Positions 1 to 11,521 of a stretch of 64,000 nucleotides of DNA are shown piece after piece. The notes beneath the pieces were generated by a model. It searched no databases, was not told where the DNA came from, and saw only the letters and a list, made by a program, of their open reading frames with translations. Source of the stretch: Carpediemonas membranifera BICM (Eukaryota > Protista > Fornicata); the NCBI GenBank assembly GCA_019828565.1, contig JAHDYR010000001.1:124001-188000 (forward strand), given 5' to 3'. Position numbers and translations under genes: made by a program. Position 1 is the first letter of the stretch. Every line of letters begins with the position of its first letter.

Positions 1-572
1 GCCTCGATTTGGGCGCGGAACTCGTCGAAGACTGCAGTGGACCTTTGAAGCTCCTTTGCGGCCTTGATGACGGTGAAGGCGATCTTGTTTTGTAAATTGT
101 CGGCAGCCACCTCCTTGCGTGGAAGAGTGCTTTCCAACTCGATTAGGGCGTCGCCAAGAGCGTAGTGGGCGGCCTCGAAGCGCTCCTCGACGTTGACCTC
201 GGTCTTCTGGCGATGGAGGGCCTCAAGAAGGGCCTGGTTCTGGCGCTTGAGCTGAGCTATGAGTGCCATCTGCGTGTCTTTCTCGTTTTTGACGCTCATG
301 ACGAATCTCGGCGTGGCAGGGCGCTGGGCAGGCGATGGAGCTTGCGCTTCGTGCGCCATGTCGGTCGAAAGTTCCTTGACGAGAAACGCAGTCGTTGTTT
401 GAATGGGAGTGGATCCAATACTGGCTCTTCGGCCGCTTCTACGTGGTGTAGAGGTCGGGGATGTCCTATTTGCACTCAATCGGCTGAAATCGAGCGGGAG
501 TGTCGCGTTAGCGTGGCTATTACTGCGATTTCGGCCATCTGTGCTGTATCTTGGCGTTGATGGTCGATGCAT
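1..572 (-). CDS. Hypothetical coiled-coil protein, 5' part (runs off the window start)
   Basis: Manual translation from ATG at 572 gives MHRPSTPRYS...MAHEAQAPSP...QLKRQNQALLEALHRQK...DEFRAQIE with no stop before position 1. Not in the ORF track because it has no stop. Confidence 0.7.
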   Translation of the reverse strand, partial: MHRPSTPRYSTDGRNRSNSHANATLPLDFSRLSANRTSPTSTPRRSGRRASIGSTPIQTTTAFLVKELSTDMAHEAQAPSPAQRPATPRFVMSVKNEKDTQMALIAQLKRQNQALLEALHRQKTEVNVEERFEAAHYALGDALIELESTLPRKEVAADNLQNKIAFTVIKAAKELQRSTAVFDEFRAQIE

Positions 573-751
573 AGTGTTCTTTGTGTTACTGAATGTGAGC
601 AGGTGGTTGTGAAATTTTGGATACCCGAGAAAGTCCAAATTTGACTTTCCTGCTGCTGATTGCTGGCCAGGGTGGTGCTTCCTAGGTGCAGAAGGACAGA
701 CGCAACTTTTTATCTCCAAATTTCAGTGGCCTAAAACTGCTTTCAATCAAC

Positions 752-3700
752 ATGGTACGTTTCATCCTATATAGCTAACATAGGGCTGCGGCGCTAGCAA
801 AAACGTCATTGCAGAGGGGGATTTGCCTCTTCCGTCAGCAAATGAGCAGCCTACCATGCATGAGCAGATCGAAGAAATTCCGAAGCCAGATGCGGACGAC
901 AGCGTGGTTATTCCATCCGAACCGATCCCTTCTGAAGAACATGAAGAAAAGCCAGACAAGATTCCGGAAGCCGTTCCCCAATCGCACGCCCCCGAGCCTG
1001 TGATCAGCCAGACATCAGACGAGCCCGAGGACGAGGAGGTGCCTGAGGAGCCCGTCGCCGTCGCCATCATGGAGCCGGCTGACAGAGTAGAAAAGAAGCC
1101 CGAGCCCGTGCCTGCTTCGCCAACAGAAGAGCCGGCCGAAGCAGTGCTGGCCAAGACTGCCCCCACTACCTCCGCCGCAGGTCTCGTAGAGGAGCCCGCA
1201 AACCCCACCGAACCTGCCCAGCCAGTCGATGCGAGTCCCGAGGCCCCAAACACCACCGTAGCCCCGATCAAGACTGTGCCCTCACCCTCACCCTCGACCT
1301 CTGAGCCCGCCCACGAGCCAGAGACCGTATCCTCTCCCGAGTCTGTGAGCAAGTCCCCTGTGGTCCCCTCCGTCAAGTCGCCCTCCGAGGCTCCACTCAG
1401 CCCACAAGCCGAGGAAGCTGGGTCTATCGCCCCCGAGCCCAGCATGAGCGAGGTTTCCCCCGCCCCGGTCTCTGAGGCCCACATCTCCCCTGCTCCTATC
1501 TCCCCGGAGAGCGCGGCTTCATCTGTGAGAGTCATATCACCCACCACCACCCTCTCTGAACCCGAACCCGCCGTTGAGCCCGAGCCTCTGCCCAAGCACA
1601 TGCAGGAGCGCCAGGCCATGGCTGAGGCCGAAGCTGTGGCCGAGCAGTACGAGGAGGAGCACGCCCCCGCCACTCTTGCCGATCTGAGTGAAGAGAAGGC
1701 AGCCGCCCAAGCTCGCGTCGACGAGGAGCAGGCCCGTCGGATCGAAGAGGACGCTGAGCTCATCTCTCGCGGAGACGTCCTCTCCGTCGCTGTGTACATC
1801 CAGGATCGCCCAGACACGTTCTTCTATGCTCATATGGAGGATGAGGCTAACACCGTCATGGACCTCAAACTCGCCATCGGAAGGGCCACTGGCGTGCTGT
1901 TCTCGAAGCAGAAGCTCTTCAGAGTGGACTACGCGCCTCTGGCGAACGACAAGACGGTGCTTAGAGAGCTTGTCGGGTTTGAAGCAAGACCTATCATCCG
2001 TCTCTTCGGAGCCTCGCCCATGCCTATCAGGGCCCTCGTGGAGCACACCGTCGAGACCCCTAAGCGTTCAGCAGAGAGGAATTGGCTCATCGAGTTCGAG
2101 CAGATTTGGGACCTCATCGACGGCTCCGGATCAATCCAACACCTCGACGCGGAGAAGGCGCTCATCGGGCTCAACAAGGAGTTCGAACAGGCCGCTACTA
2201 ACACTATTCGTAGCATCTCGGCGGGCACCCTCGACCGGACTCCGTGTGACCTCTGGACCGGCGAGACGTACGCTGCTTCTGGCCTCATGGTCATCAAGGC
2301 CGGCCACTGGAGCGTGGCAGGCCAGGACACGGGCGTTGGCGACGTCGCCTTCCACCTGGCAGGCCATGAGCAGCGCATGATCGACCAGGTCAGGGCCCTG
2401 CATATCCCCCGCCTCCTTGTCCCGCCCTGTCTCACGATTGATTATCTCGGAAACAGATATTTAGTCACCCCCACCCTGCCCGTATCTAGCCGGGATCTGG
2501 CGTACGGATCAGACTCTGGGACTCTGCTCGTTACAACTGACGACGAGGACGCGCTGAGAGTGGCGCATGCTCTCAAGGACGCGCTCAACCTGGCGGATCA
2601 CACGGTGGTCCAGACCCTCCCCGGCCAGTTCGACTCGCGGTACACCGATCGCCCGGGCGAGATCAGGGCCGACGGGTCTGTTGCCCACATCTGCCCCATC
2701 AGCGCCGAGACCCGCCTTTACAAGACCAAGGACGGCGCTTTCATCCCGGTTAACCTGGCTGCGAACCTTGTGGCTGATCTCACCGCCGTTCCTGCCTCTG
2801 GCGACGTTGAGGAGATCACACTCGCCCGCCTGAGCTCAGTGCTTCGCCCAGATCACGTTGCCCGGTTCACTTATGAAGACCAGCTTCAGCCCGGCTTTGA
2901 ATTATTCAAATCACTCGACCCCCGTGTCTGTGACATTTGCGGTCAGGTCATCAACGAATACGAGTTCCTCACCGACGGCCGCGACTACGACGTGCACACT
3001 TACTGCGCCGACTCTGAGCTCAGCGACGAGATCCTCACCGCTCTCCGCCGCACCTATGTCCCAGAGGACCAGCGCGCGACTTACTGGAAGAACGCCGAGG
3101 GCGAGGTGACCGAAGTGAAGCCAACCCGACTCACGCCAGTCAACCCTGATCTCGCACAGCCCAGGTCGGCCGAGGTGATCAGAGAGGAGACCGGCGACGC
3201 CCTCGAGAGCGAGGAAGACCTCGCCTTAGCATGCGCACAGGAGGTGTTGACTTCTCTTGACCAGCTGATTGATGCAATCAATTCTCAGGCTGTGATTCCC
3301 CTCACCCCGCAAGATGTGGTCACCGAGATGCACGCGAGGGGCATCAACGTCCGCCTGCTCGGACTCATGCCCGACCGCCTCGAGCATCCGTTTGCTGCTG
3401 AGATTGTCGTTCGCGAGATTGTCGTACGCACCGCGAAGGTTCTCCTCCGCGACACCCTGGCCGAGAAGGCTGAGGCAGACGCCAAGGAGGTAGCTGCCGG
3501 CTTCCTCAACCTCCTCATCGCTCCAGTTGAGGAGGCTCCAGAGAACGCGGTCACTCTTTGGGCATACATCGCCCAGCTCGCGGCCGAGCAGTTTAAGTGC
3601 GAGCTCGACCACAGCGTGAGGGACCGCATCTGGCTCCCAGGCCTCCTCCAGCGCGTGTGCTGGCTCAACGGCATCACCCTCGACATATCCGAAGTGGACC

Positions 3701-4521
3701 TCAACGACTACGCCCCGATTACCGTCGAGAACATCGTCGAGATCTCCTCCGTGCCTAAGGTCAACACCGTCCTCCAGACGGAGGCCTTGGTCATGCTCGA
3801 CAGGGCACTGGAGACAGACGCCGCCGGCCGCAGGTCCAAGTGGCATCTTCCTGGCGGCCCCGAGAGAGAGAGTGCCACTGCAATGTTCAGAGACGCGGTC
3901 AATCTCTGCGTCCACCTCTACGGCGCTGACCTGGACGATACAAGCGCTGTCGACGTCCTCCTCGCCGCCGCAGAGCACTGCGAGTCCCGCCACTGTGAGG
4001 CGGGTCGGCCCGAGAACTCCAGGTGGAACAAGTGCGCGGGGGTCAAGCCGTCGGACCTCAGCGCCGAGGCAATGGGCTTGCTCAACCGCGCGGTCGGCGT
4101 GCTCGAGCACGTCAAGTTCCCCTCCTATCTCAATGACAACGTGACACTCAAGATGTGCACGTCTGCTCATGCTCTGGCCAGGCTCATGGCAATGGACGAT
4201 CTCGATGGTGCGTTGACCAACTTTGACCGCGCGATCGACTGTGCCGAGTCAGTGATCGGTTTCCAGCACCCTGCTACGGCTGCTCTTTATCTTGAGCTCG
4301 CGCTCGCGCTCCAGGAGGCTGGTAGGGTCGAGCATGCTTCCTTCAACGTCCGTCGTGCCTTTGTGGGGTATGTGAGGACGGTTGGCCTTGAAAACTCGGC
4401 GACTAAGCGGTGCCACAAGATGCTATGCCAGATTGAGACGCAGAACGACAGCGGGTTGCAGGATGTGCCTCTGGAGTTCCTTGCTGATGAGATTGAGAAG
4501 CTCGAGCTCGAGCAGATGTAA
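752..4521 (+). CDS. Clu/CLUH-family protein (join 752..754, 784..4521): N-terminal MGCGAS acylation motif, Pro/Glu-rich region, ubiquitin-like domain, CLU, CLU-central, TPR
   Basis: CLU-type motifs TIDYLGNRYLV, MHARGINVRLLG and REIVVRTAKVLLR; C-terminal TPR-like helices; UBL-like TVMDLKLAIGRATGVLFSKQKLF. Splicing 755-783 joins ATG in frame with the 823 ORF. Confidence 0.8.
755..783 (+). other. Spliceosomal intron (29 nt) directly after the start codon
   Basis: GTACGT...GCTAACATAG; removal yields in-frame MGCGASKNVIAEGD. Confidence 0.85.
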
Positions 4522-4742
4522 ATTTATCGTTGAGGCGTGATGTGGCTGCGGTTGTTGAGTCTGTGTGATGGCAAGCATGTATGGGGAGTGTAGACTGGGG
4601 TGACGGGCGTCGCTTATACGACTATAGACATTGGTTGGGCTCGAAAACTACTGCTGGCGGCATAAAACAACAACAGCGGCATCATCACGAGTTTCACGAC
4701 TTGTTGGAGTCGGTGCAACTTTTGGCATTGTCCAGCTTGCCA

Positions 4743-7700
4743 ATGGCGCGCACAATGAGGACGTCTCATCCTCGAAGTGAGAGAAGATGCGAGGAGTAAG
4801 TTATTCTACACCAATTCTTACACAGATGGTTTGTGCTTGCGGAAGAAATACCATGATGGTCTCTAACACAGCCCAACCCCGGATTATTTCGTCTCTGGAG
4901 AAGACCAGTGGTACGTACTGATGCCCTTAATCTCACGCAGTGCCAGCTGCATAACAATTGATAATCATATCCACGCCTCAAGCACCACGCTCCCACGCCA
5001 GAATCGCATCGAGATCATTCCCGAAGGTTCCACCCCGATCACCATCAAGGACGCTGACAGGGTCATTCAGTATCTTCTCGCCGAGAAAGCGGTTCCAAAG
5101 TTCTTCGAAATGCATCTTACAGACCCCTGGGTCGAAATCACACGAACGACGACACGTCCAAGGCAACCGGTCAAGCAAGAGGGAAAGAAAGAGGACAGAG
5201 GCAAAGCAGGCAAGCTAGCCTTCACCCCTCGATTCCGCGGTGATCGCAACAACACGTGGGCGAGACTTGCCGAAGAGGCCTACAACTGGAGCAAGACACG
5301 CGGTACGACTACTAAGACTGGACCAAACTCATTGCGCGAGGACCGTTTATTGGTAAGTTGGGAGACCGGTGAAAATTTGATATCAGTTGCACCCGCATTG
5401 GAGAAATCAAGATACCTTGTCGCCAACGGGTGGGACGTGGCTGAGTTTATCCGTGATGATGAAGTCGACGAAGAAGTCGACGAAGAAGTCGACGAAGAAG
5501 ATGACGAAGAAGTCGACGAAGATGATCCAGAGACAATCGTGGAGTGTGGCTCGGACATCGTCTGTATGGCTGTGGCGCCCAACGGGACCATTGCTTGCGG
5601 CACCACTGACGGCAACATAGTCCTCTGGGCCTCCACTGGGGGCAAGATTCAGGATTTGTCAAACCGCGCTGAGACAGTGAACTGTCTCGCCTTCTACGGC
5701 AATACCACGCTGTTCTCGGCTTCGGATGACAAAATTAAGGTTTGGGACCTGGATTCGCCGAGCGGAACGCCAACGCTGACCCGTCGAGAAAATAACGTCA
5801 ACTCCATGGCCGTGTCGTGTGACCGTCATATCTTGCTGTCCGGATCGTCGGACGGTACTGTCAGACAATGGGATATATCTGATCTCGACTCCGAGACGAT
5901 TGTGTGTCTGGACACCGTCAACGTCAAAGGTCGTGAAGAAGAACCAGAATACAACAAGGTTCGTTGCGTTGCCGCGTCAGCCGACGGCCAGAAATTCGCT
6001 TACAGCTATTCCGACAAGGTCCAGCTTCGCACTTTAGAGGAAGGAAAGGGAAAGAGACTGGGAACATTGTCCCACAAATATGGCGTGACATGCCTTGCAT
6101 TCTCCCCAGACGGGAGGGCGCTGGCCACTGGAGATGAAATGGGGAACATTCGAGAGTGGGATATCCGCCACCACACATTAATACAGTCGTTTAAGGGGCA
6201 AGGTAAGGAAGTGCGCAGTGTTGCATACGCAGCAGACGGCTCTGAGATCATATCCGGATTGGAAGACAATTCTGTGAAGGTGTGGAAGTCCTACTCGGGC
6301 ACGCCCAAGTTCCTTGACGAGGTCAGCAGGATTTGTACAAGCAGATCTTCTTCGACAAGAGTCGAACTCAACCCAACCGACTCGGTCGTTCTCCCCCAAG
6401 ACCTCGCTCGTCTCCTTGTTCACTTTATTGCTGTTGGTCTACCCCGCTCCTTCACGATGACGCTGACCAACCCCGCCGCCAGAGTCTGGCTGGACGAGAA
6501 CAAGTTCGCCAAGACAGTCTCCAAGGCCGCCGAGCTGGCCAAGCTCATCAAGCTCTTCAACGCGTGGAGATGCGACCAGATTATCGCCGACTTCTGCTCC
6601 GAAGAATCCGAGGAATCAGAAGATTTTGCTGATGTTGGCAATATTTCCCTATTCTCCGCGACGATAGCCCAGCTGAACCAGGTTCTTGACTATATTGCGA
6701 AGAACGGCTGCGACACCTCCGAAGTCCACATCACCCTGGACGACTCAGCTGCCACTCTTGTCACGCTTGAGCAGGGACTATTCGTGGCCGAACCACACAG
6801 CCAGGCGATTGACGAGCTTGTAGTCGACTCGAATTATCAGCTCTTGAGGGCCAAACATGCGAAGGATAAGAGAAGACTGCGCGCGGATGTCGAACATGCG
6901 AAGGAGAAAGCCGAGCGTGCTCGCGCTGCAGCGGAGGCGACAGATAGCCTGCATAACGCTGATATTACCCGACTCCTGCAGGGTCGCGAGACCTTGAGAG
7001 TTGAGAACGATGATCTCTGCTCTGAACTCGACAGGGCCAAGACGACGATCGACTCGTTCCGGTCGGCCGGTTTCTCGTTCACCGCTGTCTCACGAGCGGA
7101 AGAGCTGGGCGATTCGCTCAAGAACCACCCCCTGCTCCAACACGCCCCAACACCGGCGTCAACCCAGCCTGACATACCATCGCCCGATGACCTTAGCAGC
7201 CGACTCGGCCAGGCCAGACGCCAGCCAGAGACCCGCATCGCCGAGTACGAGGCGGTCATCGCCCAGGCCGGGGCCGGGGTCGAGGCGCTCGAGGCCAGGA
7301 TCGCAGATTTCGAGTCTCTCCCCTCGCTCGACGAGATGGCCCGCATGCTCGAGGCCGCTGAAAACGAGGTCGTCGGCTTCCCCACCCTCGCGCCCGAGCT
7401 GCAGGCCAGGTACGCCACGCTCAGCGCCTTCCTCGACGGTGTCAAGACGGTCCAGCAGACCCGCAGCGCCATCGAGCGGACTATTCGCCAGTTGACTGGC
7501 CTGGCCGCCGAGGCTGAGGTACACCTGGATGATTTCGCCGAGGCCGACGCCATCACTGCGCAGCTCCGGTCACTGGGCGACTACCAGCACCTGAAGAGCT
7601 CGATCTCTGAGCTCGAGGAGACGATGGAGTTCTACAGCCGGCCCCGTAAGAACGGCGCTGCGATCTTCAAGAAGGCGAAGGAGGACCTCGAGAAGGCGAA

Positions 7701-8219
7701 CGCCACGCTCGCCAAGATGAACGCCGTCCTGACTCGCCGCACGCCGCAGCTCGTCCGGCTCTGCCCCGAGCTGGAGGCCCTCACCGCGCCGTCGGCCAGC
7801 CTCTTCGCCGAGCTGCGCGAGATGGGGCTGGCCCACCTCATGGACCTCCCCGAGATGCGCGCCGACCTGTCGCTGTCCGACTTCGCCGTCGAGTCGACCG
7901 TCAGCGAGAACAGAGCGCTGTGCCAGATCGTGACCCGCGACGGCCAGACCTTCTTCGCCAAGACCTTCAAGCTCGACACCGAGCACCAGCGCAAGCTCTG
8001 CGACCGCGAGGCGGGCATCCTGTCGCGCATGGCGCACAGCCCCGCTGCGCCCAAGCTGCACTTCGTCCTCGTCGACAGAGCCGAGCAGACCTGCACGATC
8101 GTCATGGAGCGCCTCGAGCGCCATCTGCGCGACGCCCCCGTCGACTCGCCCGACAGCCTGCGCAGACTGCTCCACGGCCTGCTCACCGCGATCCACGACC
8201 TGCACAGCGCGGGCATCTG

Positions 8220-8252
<33 letters not shown>

Positions 8253-10155
8253 GCGCGAGGGTCACCCCGTGCTCGTCGACTTCGAGACGGCCTCGAACAT
8301 GGACGCCGTGAACGCGACCGCGACCGGAGTCAACATCGGCACGCTCGCCTTCAGCGCGCCCGAGGAGATCGCCGCGCGCAAGGCCGAGAAGAAGCTGAGC
8401 CACCGCAAGCAGCAGGCCGCCGACGTCTACCACGCGGGCCTGACGATGCTCGGGGCCATGGCGCCGGACTACTTTGACTTTTGCCACAGACTTCTCAGCT
8501 TGATCACTGGCGACCTCGCGTCCGCTTCGAGCGCCAACGACGACACTCTCTGCACCGCCTTGCTCGCCGCTGTTGCCGTCCCCGACGCCCTGCGCGACGT
8601 GCTCTCCGGCATGCTCGCCACCCACCCCGAGGCCCGCTGGTCCGTCCGCCGCGCCCTGGCCGACGGCCTATTCGCTGCCGCTGCCAACGAGCTGGACCCA
8701 GAGGTCGACCTCAACGCGGCGAGCAGCAGGTTCGCGAACGCCCACGCCTTCGTCGACGACATCGACCGCGTGCGCCTGCAGATGTTCCGCGAGGACCCGG
8801 TCGACATCGCCCTCGCTGACGACGTTTCGGCGAGCCTGGCCAGCATCGCCGCGTGCGAGGAGGACCTGTTCGCCATCCCCGCGACGCTCTCGGGCGACGA
8901 CTCCGCGAAGGCCCTGCCCGACCTGGTCGTCGAGCTGCCGCGCGTGGCCGTCCACCGGGCCGTCGGGGGCATGGTGTTCGCTGTGCCCATCTTCCGCGAG
9001 GGCACGCTGGTCTTCACGCCCGACGCCCTAGACATGCCGCTCGACGACCTGCGCCCGGTACTGCTGGGGCTCGGCCGCGTGCTGCAGCTCATGCTGCTCG
9101 ACGGCATCACCCTGCCCGCGGACATGGCCAGCGACGCCTGGCTCGTCGCGCTCACGGGCGGCCGCATCAAACTTCGAGCGCTGATGCCCATCGTCGACCA
9201 TGCGCTGCAGACATCGCTCGGGGACGCCACCGCCGCGTGCCCGCTCGAGGGCTTCGAGGGCGACCTCAAGGCGTACGGCGACGAGGTGAGACGCCGCTTC
9301 GCCGAGCGCATGCAGATCGTCCGCAACGGCATGGCCGCGAAGACGCGCTTCAGCGAGAAGGTCCTCGCGCTGACGGCCGCCCAGCTGCGGGCCCTACTCG
9401 TGCGCCCCAACCCGCTCACGGTCGCCGCCGTGCTCGCCCCGCTGCGCTTCCCCGCGGACAGCCAGGGCGTGCAGGACGCCCTCCGCGCCGTGCTCGAGGA
9501 CGACGAGACGCGCCGCCGCTTCGCCTTCCACGTGTTCGGCGGCCAGCTCCCCCAGCCCGGCTCCGTCGGCGTGACCCTCCACGACCACCACCGCGTGTAC
9601 GCCGACTGCGCGGGCGCCGCCCGCCTCCCTCGTCTGGAGGACGCCGGCCAGATGCGCCAGGCGGTGCTCGACTCGGCCCCTGCCGCAGCAGGCGCGGCAG
9701 CCGACTTCTACGTCATCCCGCGGCGCCAGCAGGCATACTCGCGCGCCGAGATCAGGACGCTCTTCGAGCAGAACGACATCCTGCAGACGTGTCGCCTGGT
9801 CACGCTCGGCATGGGCGCTGCTGTGGACGTCCCCGTCATCCGCCGCTGCCCCACATGCGGCGAGCTGGCAACTCGCGAGGGCGACCTGGACAGCTGCAAG
9901 ATGTCGTACTGTCAGTGCGGCCAGGACTTCTGCCACAAGTGCCTGCTCCGCGTGGCCAACGAGGAAGAGCACATGGCCCACTATGGCGGCGAGTGCGAGA
10001 TGGCGCCGCGCCAGACAGTCGACCTGCCCGAGGGCGTTACGAGGGAGCGCACTGTCACGTGCCCCCGCTGCAATCTGTCAGCCACGGTCAGCGTGAACCA
10101 GAGCGAGGTCAGGTGCCGCGGGTGCAGCAGGAAGATTTATGTGAGAGCAGAGTAA
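4743..10155 (+). CDS. Multidomain protein: CxxC..CxxC N-terminus, WD40 repeats, coiled coil, Ser/Thr kinase, degenerate HECT-like domain, IBR/Rcat zinc finger, zinc ribbon (proposed join 4743..4795, 4826..4828, 4872..4910, 4941..10155)
   Basis: WD40: SASDDKIKVWD, SGSSDGTVRQWD. Kinase: KTFK, REAGIL, HRDLKPEN, DFE, GTLAFSAPE. HECT-like: LGRVLQLMLLDG...ADCAGAARLP. Rcat: CPTC...SCKMSYCQCGQDFCHKC. Three GT-AG introns restore the frame upstream of 4941. Confidence 0.8.
4796..4825 (+). other. Intron (30 nt)
   Basis: GTAAGT...CTTACACAG. Confidence 0.7.
4829..4871 (+). other. Intron (43 nt) following the putative 3-nt microexon
   Basis: GTTTGT...CTCTAACACAG. The 3' splice site is strong; the 5' site is weaker than the others. 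Confidence 0.55.
4911..4940 (+). other. Intron (30 nt)
   Basis: GTACGT...TCTCACGCAG; phase 2, matching the downstream ORF frame. Confidence 0.75.
5455..5525 (+). repeat. 12-bp coding tandem repeat (GAAGTCGACGAA)n encoding DEEV repeats
   Basis: Directly visible; about 5-6 imperfect units. Confidence 0.9.
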
Positions 10156-10639
10156 AGTAGTTCAGTCATCCCATGCGGTGTCGCATGATCTTTGAGTATC
10201 CGCCGCTCGACACCACGCTGTGCCTATGAGCTTGACTTCCATGCCAAGCCCGTCCAGGGTTTGGCGGGTTGGGCTGGGACAGAATCGCTGTTCGTCGCTA
10301 GTTTATCGCTTGGGGTGTGGAAATAGGACTTGTTCTCCTCATTCGGTCGTCCCGCAGAGATTCAGACAATTTATTAGCGTCCATCCCTCGAGCACGACAA
10401 CCACCCAGGCTGACCATAGTGTTCCATCGCCCCCTTTCCTGACTCACAGCGAGACGTTGGACAATGGGTGTCGCTATTGTTCACAGGCTGGTCCCATTCA
10501 CGGTTGGGATTTCCCAGTATATATTCGCTCTGTCGGGTGTTAGACCACGAAGCACAACCATCAGCATTGTTTCCATTACAATATTATCACCCAGTATATT
10601 ATAAACAATCCGACCTATTTATCTTAAATACATCGAGCG

Positions 10640-11060
10640 GCACCATGACACGCCCATGGAACGACACGCCCCGCCTCAACCTCGGCACACAAATGTGCGA
10701 GGACTGTGGAATCCGATCCACCGCTACAATCCTGTCATCCGCGAGTTTTGAATCAGTCAAAATAGCCTGGTCGAAGCGGCACCAGTACACAACCGCACCT
10801 GGTCCAAAGAGATTGCAATAGGACTGGAGTTGTTCAAAGTTGGACAGATGCTTTGAAACAGTGCTGCTTCGTTTCTGGCAAGTCACTCGACTTCCTCAAG
10901 GAGATCGCGGCTATGGCGGGCTCCAAGTCTCGCCACGACCCGCAGTCCCCGAGTCGCTGGGACATTCACCGGCTCAAGTTTGACATCGCCGTCGCCCTTG
11001 CTGAGGGCAACTGCCGGGTCTGCAACGCCTCAGCAGGCGCGGGTGACCGCTCCTACTAAT
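10640..11060 (+). mobile_element. Degenerate 3' fragment of a REL-endonuclease non-LTR retrotransposon (CRE/R2-like)
   Basis: Broken frames give CEDCG..TILSS (eroded CCHC knuckle), WSKRH (RH motif) and LDFLKEIA...DIAVALAEGN, which resembles the 'FL..L...ISVALQRGN' C-terminus of REL elements. No RT region is visible. Confidence 0.45.
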
Positions 11061-11521
11061 ATCCCCCCTCCCGCTGACACCGCGGTCGCCCCAGACCGTG
11101 GACCCGAGTCAGTGTGTGATGTATCGTCTCCTCTTCCCGGTGACGCAGTGGTGTCGCTCTGGCTGTGGACTTGAGTCAGTCGGACGTGCCGGCCTACATG
11201 CTTCCTTGCGGGCGGGGTAGCCTTCATTTTCTTTGTGAGGGCTGGGTCGCCGCGCACACACCCGGGTCCAGGGGAGACCTGGGGTCACCTGTGGCGCGGC
11301 TGCCCACCATCTCCCGATAAATCTCCCCGAGCAATCTGAAGTCATGAAATGTGGGGTGGTGTTGGAAAACCGAATTATTGGCTATATGGGATGAACTTGC
11401 GATGATATGTCTTGATGCATTCGATACCTCCTGGAAATCACTTGTATCAAGAGATATAACGACAAACCCTAAAACTGCACATGACTTGCTGAGCTTGTGC
11501 GGCCATTTTTCTCCTTCAGGG

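Noticed and set aside
7159-10160. Long overlapping or antisense ORFs in the GC-rich kinase region (also around ODC)
   Set aside because: They are expected by-products of extreme GC3 bias, with Arg/Pro/Gly-rich nonsense translations.
11190-11222. SRP RNA helix-8-like CC-GCAA-GGAAGCA on the minus strand
   Set aside because: The 5' side lacks the conserved CAGG, and no Alu or helix-6 context is recognisable.
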